Of a DNA stretch of 57,324 nt, positions 1 to 12,297 are shown one piece after another (within the stretch, counting starts at the first letter, position 1; the number at the start of each line of letters is the position of its first letter). The notes beneath the pieces are model-generated. The model had not been told where the DNA came from. It did not search any database and saw only the letters and a list, made by a program, of their open reading frames with translations. The DNA comes from a virus. Taxonomy: Duplodnaviria > Heunggongvirae > Uroviricota > Caudoviricetes. The position numbers and the translations under genes are program-made. The stretch lies in IMG/VR virus record IMGVR_UViG_2778261526_000005; one strand, given 5' to 3'.

Positions 1-1476
1 TCAAGGCTGCCCAGTCTTACCAGCATCAGCAGAAACAGCTTTGAGGATATAGGGTTCCAGAAGTCTGGCAACGGCTTCAAATACTGGCACCACAACGGAG
101 TTACCGAACTGCCGATATGACTGAGTATCTGAAACCGGAATACGGAATGGTTTCCCTCCAGGTTTTTCAAACCCCATAAGGCGTGCGCACTCTCGGGGAG
201 TCAGCCTGCGTGGTCGACGAGCCTGGTTACTCTCATTCATAAAGTCAGCCTCTCCCGTTGCCATATCCCAACCACGATCAATAAGAATTTCTGATCCGTC
301 TTTGTGATATCTGGCAGAAAGTGTGCGTGCAATGCTTTCCTTATTCTCAGGATTGACCAACCCAAAGCCAAAACCATTCCCCTTGGCTGCATGCTTTTTG
401 GCGTAGTTATAAAGGTACTCCCATAGTTTTGGCGTAAGTATATATTTACTGTCGACTACAGGCTCCAGCAATTCACCAAATGATGGGCGGTGTTCCGGAT
501 AAAAACGACTGATATCACGCAAGGTAAACCCCTTGTGAATATTCAGATCTCGTCTAAATCCGACCAGAACAATGCGTTCACGATGCTGAGGCAAAAAATG
601 CTTCCCATCGATAATCTTTGGATCGTTTTTTCCCATTTCTGCAGCATCGGCAACTTCGTAGCCCAGCTCGTCAAGGGTCTCCATAATGACTTTGAAAGTT
701 TTACCCTTATCATGGCTCTTCAGATTTTTGACATTTTCCAGCACAAAAATTGCCGGTTTTTTTGCTCGTATAATACGTGCCACGTCAAAAAAAAGTGTTC
801 CTTGTGCTTCACATTCAAAACCATGCGCACGACCAAGTGAGTTTTTCTTACTAACACCAGCAAGGCTAAATGGCTGGCACGGGAACCCCGCAAGAAGCAC
901 ATCATGATCCGGCACATGCTCATCAATATATGCATAAGCATCCGTTTCCAATACATCGGTTTTATCACTCAGCGTGACTTCCCGAATATCGAGATTGAAT
1001 TTATGCACCTGTTCATCGTTAAACCAGTTGGCCTTGTATGTACGCACAGCATCTTTATTCCATTCACTGGTAAAAACACACTGACCTCCAATGGCCTCAA
1101 AACCTTTCCGTATCCCTCCAATTCCAGCAAATAAGTCAATGAAGCGGAAAGCATATTCCGGATGGTTTGCAGGTGGTTCTGGTAGCATCTTACGCAGAAG
1201 AGACTCTTCTACTGAAGTCAACGATTTTGGTAAACACTTGCCATTAATCCAGCGGTTAATGGTTTCACGGCTCCACTCATTTTTTCCGACTTTTCTCAGT
1301 AATTCAGCCACATACTTCTGATCATAGATTTCCAGCACTTTCTCGATAAGCTTTTTATCATTTTCCTGTCGCAGCTTTTCTTCCGCCTCGGCTTCCTTCA
1401 GCAGATGCTGTGCCAACACTTCAAATTCAGACATAATTCCTCCAAGGGGTCTAATGGGTGAAACTTTATCACTCAT
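1..1476 (-). CDS. DNA-cytosine C5-methyltransferase, Dcm/M.EcoRII-like (full length, stop at 1-3)
   Basis: Motif [11 protein letters not shown], motif [22 protein letters not shown]; collinear over whole length with E. coli Dcm as recalled. No vsr downstream. Confidence 0.85.
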   Translation of the reverse strand: MSDKVSPIRPLGGIMSEFEVLAQHLLKEAEAEEKLRQENDKKLIEKVLEIYDQKYVAELLRKVGKNEWSRETINRWINGKCLPKSLTSVEESLLRKMLPEPPANHPEYAFRFIDLFAGIGGIRKGFEAIGGQCVFTSEWNKDAVRTYKANWFNDEQVHKFNLDIREVTLSDKTDVLETDAYAYIDEHVPDHDVLLAGFPCQPFSLAGVSKKNSLGRAHGFECEAQGTLFFDVARIIRAKKPAIFVLENVKNLKSHDKGKTFKVIMETLDELGYEVADAAEMGKNDPKIIDGKHFLPQHRERIVLVGFRRDLNIHKGFTLRDISRFYPEHRPSFGELLEPVVDSKYILTPKLWEYLYNYAKKHAAKGNGFGFGLVNPENKESIARTLSARYHKDGSEILIDRGWDMATGEADFMNESNQARRPRRLTPRECARLMGFEKPGGKPFRIPVSDTQSYRQFGNSVVVPVFEAVARLLEPYILKAVSADAGKTGQP

Positions 1477-1739
1477 TCAACCCAGAAGGAAATGTTTTAT
1501 CTGGATATTTAAACAGTGACTACAACGTAATCTAGCACTGGTGATGCTTTGTTAGGCATAGAGAATCATTCTATATACGACTAATGACAGAAAAACAGCA
1601 GACAAGTAGTTTGTTCATAAATTAACGCATACAACGTGCCTGCGGTTTTTGAGACCGGTCCGATCATCAAACGAAACATAAAATTAGCTCACACTATGAG
1701 GAAAAGTATCTTTTTTACTATGTAAATTCAAATGATTAG

Positions 1740-2609
<870 letters not shown>

Positions 2610-2666
2610 GTCTTTAAGTGATAAGCATAAACCGCAGCACGATCTTGCATACGACGTGCTACGGTT

Positions 2667-3041
2667 TCATTTATCTCCGACCGGAAACTTCTTATACAGT
2701 GTCGATATACCAACATCATAGATGATCGCCACCTTCTGGCGAGGAACGCCTGATGCAATTAATCGTCCGGCCTGTGCCCATTGTTCTGGTGTAAGTTTGG
2801 GACGTCGTCCACCAATTCGTCCCTGTGCGCGAGCAGCTTCCAGGCCAGCTTTTGTTCGTTCAACAATCAGTTCTCGTTCCATTTCAGCCAGGGCACCCAT
2901 CACATGAAAGAAGAAGCGCCCCATAGGCGTACTCGTATCGATGCTATCCGTCAGGCTCCGGAAGTTAACACCTTTCTCCCGCAGTTCCTCCACTAACCCA
3001 ACAAGATGTCGCATGCTGCGACCGAGGCGGTCACGCTTTCA
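2667..3041 (-). pseudogene. Serine DNA invertase (Pin/Gin/Hin family) remnant; C-terminal part intact, premature TGA at the conserved Trp codon, N-terminus degraded
   Basis: Minus-strand reading GDTLVV*KRDRLGRSMRHLVGLVEELREKGVNFRSLTDSIDTSTPMGRFFFHVMGALAEMEREL matches Pin-type GDTLVVWKLDRLGRS...; TGA at 3039-3041; no intact catalytic N-terminus upstream. Confidence 0.7.
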
Positions 3042-3174
3042 GACCACCAGCGTATCGCCTTCAGATATGCATCCTTGCTAAACTTAGATCGCCGGTCACC
3101 AACTAAGCATGCAGTATGCGTTATGTTTTTTATTGCTCCCAGGGTAATGTGTCCACTAACTAAACAAGGAGATA

Positions 3175-3729
3175 GTGATGCTGCATACTATGAATTTCAC
3201 GGTGCCCGTAAATCAGTCCACCGTTAACGCTTTAATTAGCAATTGCCTTGGAGCTATCAATCAGGGGGCGACTGAGTTAAACATTTACATTTCCAGTCCG
3301 GGCGGTGACCTCGTTGCAGGTTTTACTGCTTATCACTTTCTAAAGGCCCTACCAATCCCAGTAAAGACCCATAACCTTAGCAATGTTGAATCAGTCGCTA
3401 ATATCATTTTTCTTGCAGGGTCTGAACGTAAGGCGAATCCTGGGAGTCGGTTCTTACTGCATCCTTTTCACTGGGGCTTGATGGGCCCAAGCGTGGATCA
3501 CTCACGCGTCAGTGAGTGGAGCGCGTGTCTCAATAATGACCTGGAGCGTTTTGTCGATATTTTGGAGAGTCAGATTGAGCTCAGTAAGAGCCGCAATGAG
3601 TGGAAGGAGGTTATCTCCGCCGCCACCATAGCCAATGCCTCCACAGCTCTGGATTGGGGGATGGTTCACGAGGTTGCCGCCGCCACTTACCCGCAGGCAC
3701 CCGGCACATACTGGTGGATTAACTGTTAA
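3175..3729 (+). CDS. ClpP-like (S14 family) serine peptidase homolog
   Basis: IYISSPGGDLVAGFTAYHFL resembles ClpP IYINSPGG; Ser in VESVAN and His in LLHPF at positions equivalent to the ClpP Ser/His; strong RBS AAGGAG upstream. Confidence 0.55.
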   Translation: MMLHTMNFTVPVNQSTVNALISNCLGAINQGATELNIYISSPGGDLVAGFTAYHFLKALPIPVKTHNLSNVESVANIIFLAGSERKANPGSRFLLHPFHWGLMGPSVDHSRVSEWSACLNNDLERFVDILESQIELSKSRNEWKEVISAATIANASTALDWGMVHEVAAATYPQAPGTYWWINC

Positions 3730-3888
3730 CATAATTACCTCTCAAATTTAAATTGGGCAGAGATGCCAGCATCCAGGCTCGCGCCTGGACGATTGTCTGA
3801 TGATGAAAAGTGCAGTTTAATCTGTGGCTGGATTATCTGGATGCACTGGAGCTGGTTGATACCTCCAGTGCGCCAGATATTGAATGGC

Positions 3889-4323
3889 CTACTCCTCCGG
3901 CAGTTCAGGCCAGATGACATCCGGTGCGGTGCTGGTATCTGTTGCCGTCACAGCGTCGATATAATCCAGCACAACGTTAAGTCGGGTAGTTTCTTCTTGC
4001 GTCAGTTTGCGCCCGGCCTGCAGCTTTAACTGAATCACGCTGATATTGACCATTGCTGCGTCTATCAACGACTGTTTTTTCTGTTCAGCGTCAGCTACCA
4101 GTTCATCATGAGAACGTTCCGGAGGGAGCGGCGCAGTAAATACCCCGTCTGAATACGCCCAGCCGATTCCGGGCTGCTCACTGATATCAGAAATATTAAT
4201 GAGCTGCAGATTATCCGGCACAGTGAATTCATCCTCGCCATCCCAGACAATGACATTCACAACCATCCCATTTTCAATAACTGCATATGACGCATTCATT
4301 ATGCAAACTCCTCGATAATACAA
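3889..4323 (-). CDS. Tail fibre assembly protein (Tfa)
   Basis: Position directly after tail fibre gene; C-terminal [10 protein letters not shown] typical of Tfa family. Confidence 0.7.
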   Translation of the reverse strand: MYYRGVCIMNASYAVIENGMVVNVIVWDGEDEFTVPDNLQLINISDISEQPGIGWAYSDGVFTAPLPPERSHDELVADAEQKKQSLIDAAMVNISVIQLKLQAGRKLTQEETTRLNVVLDYIDAVTATDTSTAPDVIWPELPEE

Positions 4324-5225
4324 ACCCCATCAGCACCTTTCCCGCCCGTCATACTGGTTCCGCTATAACCTGCATCGTATGCACCACCTCCGCCTGAACC
4401 AAATGCCCTGCCTCTAACGCCACCGCCAGCGCCTGCACGTCCACCGCCTCCCCAGTACGATGCACCGCCTTCACCGCTGACGCTGATATTCCCGGACTGA
4501 CCGTCGCCTCCATCTCCACCAGTGATGCGGATATCGCCAATATTCGGTACGCCTCCGTTACCGCCGTTTGTGTTTGTGACTCCTACTTTTCCGCCGCCTT
4601 CACCACCAGGGGCTATTACCGATCCGAACGAGCTATCACCGCCCTTGAGGCCGTTCGTCGCACCAACGCCGCCGGCCCCACCTGCGCCGATAGTGACAGG
4701 ATAACTATTCTGTGTCGGGGTCAGTATGGTGATTACTGTCCCTCCGGCCCCACCGCCAGCACCGAAAAACGTTTCGTTACTGGATATAGCCTGGCAGCCA
4801 CCCCCTCCGCCACCGCCGCCCGTTATTGTGACCCTGATCCGTTTTGTTTCTGGTGATGGGGTATACGTACCTGATGACGCGAAAGCCCGGGTACTCAGCC
4901 GGCGTCCCACGTATCCGCTTGTATCTCCCAAACCAAGGTTTTGAAGAGCCGTTTTCACCGTGCCGTCCGATTTGATATCGCCAAACGGATTTTTGCGACT
5001 TAACAGCAGCGCACGAAGCGCGGTAAGCAGCTGGTCATGCCGCCCCTTCTCCAGGCTGGCACCGGATGCCTCCACCACGCTGCAGAGCTCCTCCTGCAAC
5101 ATGTCAAAGTAGTCATCATCCAGATCGGTGGCAGGCGTGCCGGTCTGGGGGTTACCACGGGTAAAACCGTTCTTACCCGCGCCGAACTTATCCTTCTGCG
5201 CGGTTTTCGTGTCTATACGATGCAT
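4299..5225 (-). CDS. Glycine-rich tail fibre protein
   Basis: Conserved phage N-terminus [34 protein letters not shown] followed by long Gly-rich repeats. Confidence 0.7.
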   Translation of the reverse strand: MHRIDTKTAQKDKFGAGKNGFTRGNPQTGTPATDLDDDYFDMLQEELCSVVEASGASLEKGRHDQLLTALRALLLSRKNPFGDIKSDGTVKTALQNLGLGDTSGYVGRRLSTRAFASSGTYTPSPETKRIRVTITGGGGGGGGCQAISSNETFFGAGGGAGGTVITILTPTQNSYPVTIGAGGAGGVGATNGLKGGDSSFGSVIAPGGEGGGKVGVTNTNGGNGGVPNIGDIRITGGDGGDGQSGNISVSGEGGASYWGGGGRAGAGGGVRGRAFGSGGGGAYDAGYSGTSMTGGKGADGVCIIEEFA

Positions 5226-5228
5226 GGA

Positions 5229-5813
5229 TTACTCCGGATATTTAAAAATTACGTAGGTATGCGACGGGCAGAGTTTGTTAAGCACGCACTCGATAACGGT
5301 GTCCCCCCAGATACGCAGTGCGGAATCGCAGGGATCGCCACATGTCATCCAGGTGGTGTTGGTGGCAGCTGGCATATTGACCTGCCAGTAATACCGCCAT
5401 TCCGGCGCATTCACCGCGTCAGTACAGGCCGATGAGCAGGTGAACGTGCTTTTGTCGTATCGCGTGATGGTGGCATCTGGTCTGCCCAGGGCAGCAAGCT
5501 GCGCAAGGTAAAAATCCTCATTGATGCCACCCGCCAGGTTAACCTTCGCATCCAGCCGTTGCTGACGCTGGCGAAGGGTCTGCGTCCCTGCCGGAATACA
5601 TTCATCCGGCAGGCCGCACAGACGCTCCCAGCGGTTTATCAGTTCGGTGGTGGTGCGCGGATCCAGCTCCCGCATCAGGGCATCCGCACGCTGATGAGCA
5701 CGGGTTAATGACGGTGCCGCACCGGCAATCGCCGGATCGCTGGCTGACCACGCCGGACCGGGGGGCAACAGTGCCGACAACAGACGGATGTAATCATCGT
5801 TTGTCACGTCCAT
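5229..5813 (-). CDS. Phage tail protein, Mu gp48/YmfQ-like (DUF2313)
   Basis: Position between baseplate J and tail fibre; family recalled from Mu-like prophages. Confidence 0.55.
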   Translation of the reverse strand: MDVTNDDYIRLLSALLPPGPAWSASDPAIAGAAPSLTRAHQRADALMRELDPRTTTELINRWERLCGLPDECIPAGTQTLRQRQQRLDAKVNLAGGINEDFYLAQLAALGRPDATITRYDKSTFTCSSACTDAVNAPEWRYYWQVNMPAATNTTWMTCGDPCDSALRIWGDTVIECVLNKLCPSHTYVIFKYPE

Positions 5814-6862
5814 GAAATCGTCCCCAGTACCGCCAGTTCATTTTTTGCAATGGAGATATTGTCTGCCGGTGCAAGCAACTGATGGCTGTATTCCCCGTTC
5901 GCACCGGAAATCGCCTCACTGATACGCGATACCTTCAGTTCTCCCTGCGGATAACCATCACGCAGAAGAAACGAACGCAACTCCGCGGTGATGGCGGCTC
6001 GTATTTCTGGTGTGTCCGGCGTCACGCGGATATGAAAATCCACTTTGTGCGCCACCGGCCTGAATACATACAAATCAGAGCCTGCCACCGGGGCCAGTGG
6101 CACGATATGTTGTCTTGCTGCCGTTTCCGTTGATTCTTCCGGAATGGGATTAATCAGGTCACTGCTGGCAATCATCACACCGACAGTTCCCGTTCCCATC
6201 CAGTGACGGTATGTCCATGCGCGGGTAATGCCGGGCACTTCTTTAGCCCAGACGACATAGTCCCCGTCAGCCCCGCCCTGAGGCGTCCAGTAATACCGCT
6301 CAATGACGCGGGCGCGCCACGTTTCCAGCTCTTCAGTATCAAATCCGCCTGTAAGGGTGTCAGCCACACCGGAAGACGGCAGACCATTCACCGGCGTGAC
6401 CAGGATTAATGCCGTACCGTCGTCAGCGTTACCGACCGCACCTGCACTTGAGCAGGCGATCGGCACGCGCAGGACACCACCGGAGCTGGTTGCATCGGCA
6501 GTTGCCGTGTACTGAACCAGGTCATCGCGCTGAATAACACTCCCGGCGGTCACCTTCAGGCCATCGCTGACACCTTCCCAGCGCATATACCCGCTGGCAG
6601 CCGTGGCCCCCTTGCGCGGACACCGTTTCATCGCAGCATGTCGCGCCAGCCAGGACTCATCGCACAGGTCAGGCAGCATGTTCATTGCCAGATAATCGAT
6701 GTAACCGTAAACCGTATGCAGCGCCGCCGCATACACCTTTGCCCGCACGTCTTCATCCATGCGCCGGAGCGTGTCGCTGACGTCCAGCCTGGCGAATAAA
6801 TCGTTACGGAGCATACTGATATTTTCTGCCAGCGTCGGGCGCTGAAATTCACTGTCCGCCAT
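5804..6862 (-). CDS. Baseplate J-like protein (Mu gp47 / P2 J family)
   Basis: Size and position in a Mu-type baseplate cluster; overlapping start/stop coupling with neighbours. Confidence 0.75.
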   Translation of the reverse strand: MADSEFQRPTLAENISMLRNDLFARLDVSDTLRRMDEDVRAKVYAAALHTVYGYIDYLAMNMLPDLCDESWLARHAAMKRCPRKGATAASGYMRWEGVSDGLKVTAGSVIQRDDLVQYTATADATSSGGVLRVPIACSSAGAVGNADDGTALILVTPVNGLPSSGVADTLTGGFDTEELETWRARVIERYYWTPQGGADGDYVVWAKEVPGITRAWTYRHWMGTGTVGVMIASSDLINPIPEESTETAARQHIVPLAPVAGSDLYVFRPVAHKVDFHIRVTPDTPEIRAAITAELRSFLLRDGYPQGELKVSRISEAISGANGEYSHQLLAPADNISIAKNELAVLGTISWT

Positions 6863-7277
6863 GCGTTATCGCACTCCACAGATCATCAAAAGAAATCATT
6901 ACCGGTCCGTCACGACGCCAGAGAGTGATACTGTTACCCAGTTCATTAATCCCGGTGCGGCGGATATCCAGATCAATACGGGACACCACGCCGTCATCAA
7001 TCATCCATTGCAGGCATTCGCGGATATACCCCCTTACCGTCTGCACCAGCTGATTGGTCAGTTTGCTGCGCTGAAGCAGCCACAGTCGGGAGCCGTAACG
7101 GTCATTCTGTACCGCAGGCCAGGTATCCCCCCACCATCCCATCGGGACGTCGGCGTTGTCATCAGGCTCCGCCCGCCGCCAGGTAAACAGGGAAATCACC
7201 ACGGCGCGGGTCAGCGGATCCAGTTCTGCGCTGGCGCAGGTGCGTTTACCGTTCACCGTCAGCCACAGTTCCATCAT
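6849..7277 (-). CDS. Baseplate protein, Mu gp46-like
   Basis: Position and size in baseplate module. Confidence 0.6.
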   Translation of the reverse strand: MMELWLTVNGKRTCASAELDPLTRAVVISLFTWRRAEPDDNADVPMGWWGDTWPAVQNDRYGSRLWLLQRSKLTNQLVQTVRGYIRECLQWMIDDGVVSRIDLDIRRTGINELGNSITLWRRDGPVMISFDDLWSAITHGGQ

Positions 7278-7822
7278 GCCTCCATCGCTTTATCAGGTTT
7301 GTCGGTGTTACTGCCCTGACCGTTCTCTCTGTGACGATGCCCGTTATAGGCAAGCCGCATCGCTGACATGGTGGTACCGCCGGAGTCGCACAGGTCTTTC
7401 ACCTGTCCGGTCACTTCCAGGTCCATTTCAAAACGTGCTCTGGGCGCATTGCGAAACGTGATCGTTTTACCTGCACCGTCCACCACGATCCCCTCCCGGG
7501 TCAGCGTCACAGACTGCCCCTGATCGTCATAGACAGCCACCTCACCCGTCTGCAGCCCTTTCAGGCGGTAGCGCCGGTCCGACACCGTAACAACCACCGC
7601 ATGAGAACGGTCGCCATCCGGAAACAACACCACCGCTTCCGCACCGCTGTTTGCCCTTGCGGTAAAACCGTAGGGTTCAAGATGTTCAACCCCGGCTTTG
7701 GGTTCACCGGCAATCAGGGACACATCCACGGTCTGACATTTCGTGGCGGCACTGATGCTTTTCACCACTGCCCGCCCAATCAGGCCGAGAAGTTGTCGCT
7801 GCATGGCTTCAATCGTCCTCAT
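7274..7822 (-). CDS. Baseplate assembly protein V / Mu gp45-like
   Basis: Position and size in baseplate module. Confidence 0.65.
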   Translation of the reverse strand: MRTIEAMQRQLLGLIGRAVVKSISAATKCQTVDVSLIAGEPKAGVEHLEPYGFTARANSGAEAVVLFPDGDRSHAVVVTVSDRRYRLKGLQTGEVAVYDDQGQSVTLTREGIVVDGAGKTITFRNAPRARFEMDLEVTGQVKDLCDSGGTTMSAMRLAYNGHRHRENGQGSNTDKPDKAMEA

Positions 7823-8901
7823 CAGAACGGGTCCTCCTGTACTCTGGCTTTTTTCTTTTTCCGCGCACCGGGATCTTCGGGTTCAGGCAGATAAGCATCA
7901 GGTGGGCCGACACGGATTTCCGTCAGGGTGCCGTTCTGGTCCTGAGTAAATGTGACTTCCGAAACAAGCAGTTCGGTATTGTCGAAACCACAGACCGGAT
8001 CAAAGACAATCACCCGCTGGTTGGGCTGCCACAGCGTACCGTTACCCTGTCGCCAGCCCTGCACCACATAGGTGGTTTCATCCGTCCGCGCCGCCCGTTG
8101 TCGGGCTTCAAAGTCCGCACGGGCAATACAGCCTGCCCCCGTAGCCTGCCCTGTCTGCCTGATATACATCGGACGGTAACGGGCAATAAATGCGTCCTCT
8201 GTGCGGGCCCGCAGCGCGGTGGTGGTGGCCTCACCGAAATCATCGTCGTTTCCGGCACGCTGCCCCGCCACCTGGTAAACAGAAAATCGCTCCCGGATAC
8301 TCTTCTCCGTATCGCAGGAAAGGATGTTTTCCCCGAGTACCAGCGCAGTATGTGCCCGCGTTGAGCCAATACCGCCAATCACCAGCCTGCCGTGCGGGTC
8401 GTCGTAAGCCAGTGCCTGCTGCTGACCGAGTATTTTGTTGATTACCTCAATCACCGTTTCACCGTGATCAGGCTGAACATCAGGAATAACACCCGACGGC
8501 GCACCGCTGTTCACCACCTCAATGCCGAAAGGCGCAGCAAGCGCCTGCGCAATCTGCACCAGCGAGCGTCCGTTAAACTGTGTCGGTTCGGCTGCACAGT
8601 CAATCAGGTCAGCCGTCAGACTACGTCCGGCAATACCGGTGCTGACCGAACGGGCATCGTAACGAACGGGAGTCGCCTCCACCCAGCCGGTGATCACCAG
8701 CTCATCACCAATCAGCACTTCCACTTTTGAACCGTTTTTAATGCGCGGCTGAAGCGTGGTGATACCCTCATCTCCCGGCCACTGGCGAGTGATCTCCACA
8801 CTGAAATCCCGCGCCAGCCGTTCAATACCGGCACCGATGCGCACCGATGTCCAGCCATTCCACTCCCGGCCATTTACCCGTAGCGTGACATTGTCGTTCA
8901 T
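7822..8901 (-). CDS. Tail/baseplate hub protein, Mu gp44 (P) / P2 gpD-like
   Basis: Position after DNA-circulation protein; size about 360 aa. Confidence 0.65.
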   Translation of the reverse strand: MNDNVTLRVNGREWNGWTSVRIGAGIERLARDFSVEITRQWPGDEGITTLQPRIKNGSKVEVLIGDELVITGWVEATPVRYDARSVSTGIAGRSLTADLIDCAAEPTQFNGRSLVQIAQALAAPFGIEVVNSGAPSGVIPDVQPDHGETVIEVINKILGQQQALAYDDPHGRLVIGGIGSTRAHTALVLGENILSCDTEKSIRERFSVYQVAGQRAGNDDDFGEATTTALRARTEDAFIARYRPMYIRQTGQATGAGCIARADFEARQRAARTDETTYVVQGWRQGNGTLWQPNQRVIVFDPVCGFDNTELLVSEVTFTQDQNGTLTEIRVGPPDAYLPEPEDPGARKKKKARVQEDPF

Positions 8902-10226
8902 TGCACTGGCACCTTCAGAGGGATCACCGGCACAAAGCCGGGATGCGTAATGGCATTACGCCGGATAATGTCCGCGTCACGCGCCGCGTTATCAAACCAG
9001 GTCGCCGCCAGCACCAGCGCGGGTAAAACCTCATCCGGCGTGCGCTGAATGATCCGTGCAGACTGTTCAAGGCGCGTGTTGATATCCGCATTCAGATCTG
9101 CTTTCACCCGGCGCAGCGCCAGAAACAGCGCATCACTGGTTGTACGGGACAACTCCTTATCAATTGCCGTATTCAGTGTGTCGCGAATGTCGGTCAGTTC
9201 TTCCCACGTTGGCAGGTCAACCGTGTTTTTCACCGCCGGTGCATTGTTCAGTGCCGGATGCGTGACAGAAGGCCAGCCTGTGCTCTGCGCGGGTGTTGTT
9301 GACTGCCCCACTGTGGCATTCTGCATCACCGCGGAAGTTGTGGGCGCAGGCAATCGTGTGACGGCATACGCCGCTTCGCTGATTGCGGTCGTACGAAGGG
9401 TGCTGGCAACCACGTTACGCTGCTGCGTCGCCGTGGCGGTGGTTTTACTGTCCGTTTTCCAGACGCCGCGCGGTTGCAGATCGCTGCCGAGGCTGACACC
9501 GGAAAGCGTTTTGATCATGGTGACCAGGTCGCTGGCGTTACCATAAAGGCGTTTCCCGGTACGCCACATTTTCTGCACCTGCTCAACGAAATTTTTGCCT
9601 GACGATGGCGGCGGCAGAAGTACCGAGATATCCCCCTGCAACAGCCTGGCGGCATCCGATACGGCAGAATCCACCACTTTCATCGCATCAGAAACATACC
9701 CAAGCATTGTGCTGGCATTACCGACGACGTCGTTCTGCACAAAATCTGCCACGCCATCGATACTGAAACCACTGAAGCTGTCACTGATGCAGTCATCCAG
9801 TGTAGAACAGGATGACATCAGCGTCTGCGCCGTCGCCGCACCTGAAGTGGGGTAAGAGAGTTCTCCCGCTTCGACAAACTTCAGGTCAAAGCGGACAATA
9901 CGCCCTTCACTCTTCGATGTGCTGACCCGAACTTCCCCGTCAACACAGACTTTCAGCTCACCGTAAGTCGGATGGACAAGCGTGCCGGGACCGGGTTTAT
10001 TCAGCGCGTCAATCAGGCGATCGCGCTGGTCAAAGCAGTCATCTCCCACCACATAAGCTGTGATGGACGGGCGGAAAGTGATTTTCCCCAGGTCTTCGGT
10101 ATAGGGTTTGTCGCGGTTCGGGTATTCGTGCGTTTCCACACGACGACCGGTTCCCGCACTTTCTTCTTCAACCTTAAATGGCACACCGCGAAATGACGCG
10201 TCCTGAAGTCTGTCTTTCCACGTCAT
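8898..10226 (-). CDS. DNA circulation protein (Mu N/gp43-like); start placed at internal MTWKD Met
   Basis: N-terminal MTWKDRLQDASFRGVPF; GGAG RBS before the internal ATG; the upstream part of the track ORF overlaps a terminator hairpin. Confidence 0.65.
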   Translation of the reverse strand: MTWKDRLQDASFRGVPFKVEEESAGTGRRVETHEYPNRDKPYTEDLGKITFRPSITAYVVGDDCFDQRDRLIDALNKPGPGTLVHPTYGELKVCVDGEVRVSTSKSEGRIVRFDLKFVEAGELSYPTSGAATAQTLMSSCSTLDDCISDSFSGFSIDGVADFVQNDVVGNASTMLGYVSDAMKVVDSAVSDAARLLQGDISVLLPPPSSGKNFVEQVQKMWRTGKRLYGNASDLVTMIKTLSGVSLGSDLQPRGVWKTDSKTTATATQQRNVVASTLRTTAISEAAYAVTRLPAPTTSAVMQNATVGQSTTPAQSTGWPSVTHPALNNAPAVKNTVDLPTWEELTDIRDTLNTAIDKELSRTTSDALFLALRRVKADLNADINTRLEQSARIIQRTPDEVLPALVLAATWFDNAARDADIIRRNAITHPGFVPVIPLKVPVQ

Positions 10227-10241
10227 ATAAACTCCGTACAT

Positions 10242-10263
10242 AAAAAATCCCACCGGAGTGGGA
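10242..10263 (-). terminator. Intrinsic terminator downstream of tape-measure gene
   Basis: Minus strand reads tcccac-tccg-gtggga followed by tttttt. Confidence 0.55.
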
Positions 10264-10286
10264 CTCATTAACAGATTAATTTTTCA

Positions 10287-12122
10287 TTACCTGCCAAAGC
10301 GCGTATAGCCAACATCATGGCTGACATCAAAACCGCTGGATCGCGTTTCCATAACCCGCATACCCGGAGGCGAATTCACAAAAGAGACCTTGATCTCACC
10401 ATCAACTTTTGGCGCAGAAGCTTTGTTAATCATGAAGGGATTCGGGCCTGTGGCACCGGAGGCGTTGTTTGACTGAGCCGGATCCACCGCCTGATAAGGT
10501 GTGTATCCCCGTGCCGGTATTCCCGTCCCATAAGCATCATAAGCACCCGCGCCCCACTGCGCAGAGTTAATGGCATCGACCGTGTCACCGGAACTGTCGG
10601 TAAACCACTCAATAATTGGCTTCAGCTTGTCCCACATATCCTGAAACCACTTAACAACCGGTCCCCAGTTATTGATTACCATCCCCAGCGGCGACCAGGC
10701 AAAAACCTTCTTCAGAAGTTCCCAGCCAGCCTCAAAATAAGGACCAATGGTTTCCCAGAGCTTCTTGAAATAAGGTCCGACAACATCCCAGTTAGTGATA
10801 ATTAATCCCGCAGCCAGGGCTATCGCCGTCGCAATCATGCCAATCGGCGTCATCGACATGATCCTGCTGACAATACTGATGGCACCGCCAACGCCCATCA
10901 ATCCCAGTTTCAGAATCGCAAGACCGGCAGCAAGCCCGACGACGCCGCGAATAACCCGGGGATTTTCATCCGCAAACTTCGTGAATTTTTCCCCTAACTC
11001 CCCCAGCCATTGCGTGATATTTTGGGCGTCACCAGAAAATGCGCCGCCAATAGCTGCAAGACCGTTAGTTGCGGTCCCCGTCATTGCCTCCCACAGGTTG
11101 GACAGCGTACCAAGCTGTGCCTGAACACGTTTATTCAGGCTGGCCTGTTTATTCATCTTCTGCTGGATCTGATCGTAACCATCCTTTCCTTTATCGATCA
11201 GAGCATTGACCACCTGAAGGGTTTCAGCATCATCACCAAATATTGCCTTAAGTACACCTGTTCGCTTAACGTCGGTCAGTTTTCGCAGCTTTGCCAGTTG
11301 CTTAAACATGTTATCAAGACCGCCAAAACTCCCTTTGCCATCAGTAAAATCGAGCTGCACTCCGAGTTTCTGGCGGGCCATGACTTTATTGACGTCCCTG
11401 ATTTTCTTAACGCTTAATCCGGACTGGATAACTTTTCGCAGGGCATTACCTGCCGACTCCCCGTTCATCCCCATCTGATCCATCATGACGCTGATAGGGG
11501 CAAGGCTCTGTGCAGCCTGAAGTCCGTCCTTGTTCACCATCTTCAGAACAGAACTGGTTTTAGTGAAGAAAGACAACATGTTGGTATCGTCAACGCCCAG
11601 ATAAAACGCCTTCTGGATAGTGTCGAACAGCCCCATCATGTCTTCTGACGCCGTTCCGGTAGCATCCTGCATCTTTGCAGCAAACTCAGCAGCCGCTTCC
11701 GGTGTTTTTTTCAGTTGTACCGCAAGATAAGCTGTCGCTTTACCCACACCACCAAGAATGTTTTCTGCCGGGATCCCCTGACGCACCAGCATCTGCATCA
11801 TGTTCTGGAAATCAGCCGTTGTACCGGGTAGCTGGTTACCCAGGCCAATAGCCAGTTTATTGATGTCCTGAAAGCTCTTTCCAACCTCGCCGTTCGCATC
11901 CATCATGGCGACTTTCAGCCCGGTGGCGGCGTTTTCCTGATCGGCATAAGATTTCAGGGAAAGCGTCAGACCCGCTGCCAGTCCGCCACCAAGCGCCAGC
12001 CCACCCTGTGACGCTTCTTCCGCCTGGCGTTTAAATCCCCGGATTTTCTTTTGCATTTTCGACAGCGCGGGAGAAAGCCTGTCGACACCGGTGATCAACG
12101 CCTTAAGCTCAAATTCAGCCAT
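10287..12122 (-). CDS. Tail tape measure protein
   Basis: 611 aa, Ala/Gly-rich helical protein with C-terminal hydrophobic segments, after the frameshifted chaperone pair. Confidence 0.85.
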   Translation of the reverse strand: MAEFELKALITGVDRLSPALSKMQKKIRGFKRQAEEASQGGLALGGGLAAGLTLSLKSYADQENAATGLKVAMMDANGEVGKSFQDINKLAIGLGNQLPGTTADFQNMMQMLVRQGIPAENILGGVGKATAYLAVQLKKTPEAAAEFAAKMQDATGTASEDMMGLFDTIQKAFYLGVDDTNMLSFFTKTSSVLKMVNKDGLQAAQSLAPISVMMDQMGMNGESAGNALRKVIQSGLSVKKIRDVNKVMARQKLGVQLDFTDGKGSFGGLDNMFKQLAKLRKLTDVKRTGVLKAIFGDDAETLQVVNALIDKGKDGYDQIQQKMNKQASLNKRVQAQLGTLSNLWEAMTGTATNGLAAIGGAFSGDAQNITQWLGELGEKFTKFADENPRVIRGVVGLAAGLAILKLGLMGVGGAISIVSRIMSMTPIGMIATAIALAAGLIITNWDVVGPYFKKLWETIGPYFEAGWELLKKVFAWSPLGMVINNWGPVVKWFQDMWDKLKPIIEWFTDSSGDTVDAINSAQWGAGAYDAYGTGIPARGYTPYQAVDPAQSNNASGATGPNPFMINKASAPKVDGEIKVSFVNSPPGMRVMETRSSGFDVSHDVGYTRFGR

Positions 12123-12297
12123 GTGTGCGTTTCTCCTGCTCTATCCTGTTTGCCTGACTGACCAGCAAGGGAATTTCACTGATCGGCATATTCAGCAATT
12201 CGAAGGGATTAATGCGCCAGTAACTGGCGCAGTCAAAGAAGCGATCAGTGAGGTATTCAGCCGTCAGGCCTGGAGGAAAAAACCGGCCACAAGCCAC
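12115..12297 (-). CDS. Tail assembly chaperone -1 frameshift extension (long form C-terminus)
   Basis: ORF in -1 frame overlapping the 3' end of the chaperone gene; reading after slip gives FFPPGLTAEYLTDR... Confidence 0.6.
   Translation of the reverse strand: MACGRFFPPGLTAEYLTDRFFDCASYWRINPFELLNMPISEIPLLVSQANRIEQEKRTHG

Noticed and set aside
490-1321. Plus-strand ORFs inside the methyltransferase gene (490..840, 686..907, 904..1134, 1091..1321)
   Set aside because: Antisense to a strongly supported gene; no motifs or RBS.
4349-4944. ORFs overlapping the Gly-rich tail fibre gene (Pro-rich antisense products)
   Set aside because: Artefact of Gly-codon repeats read on the opposite strand or other frames.
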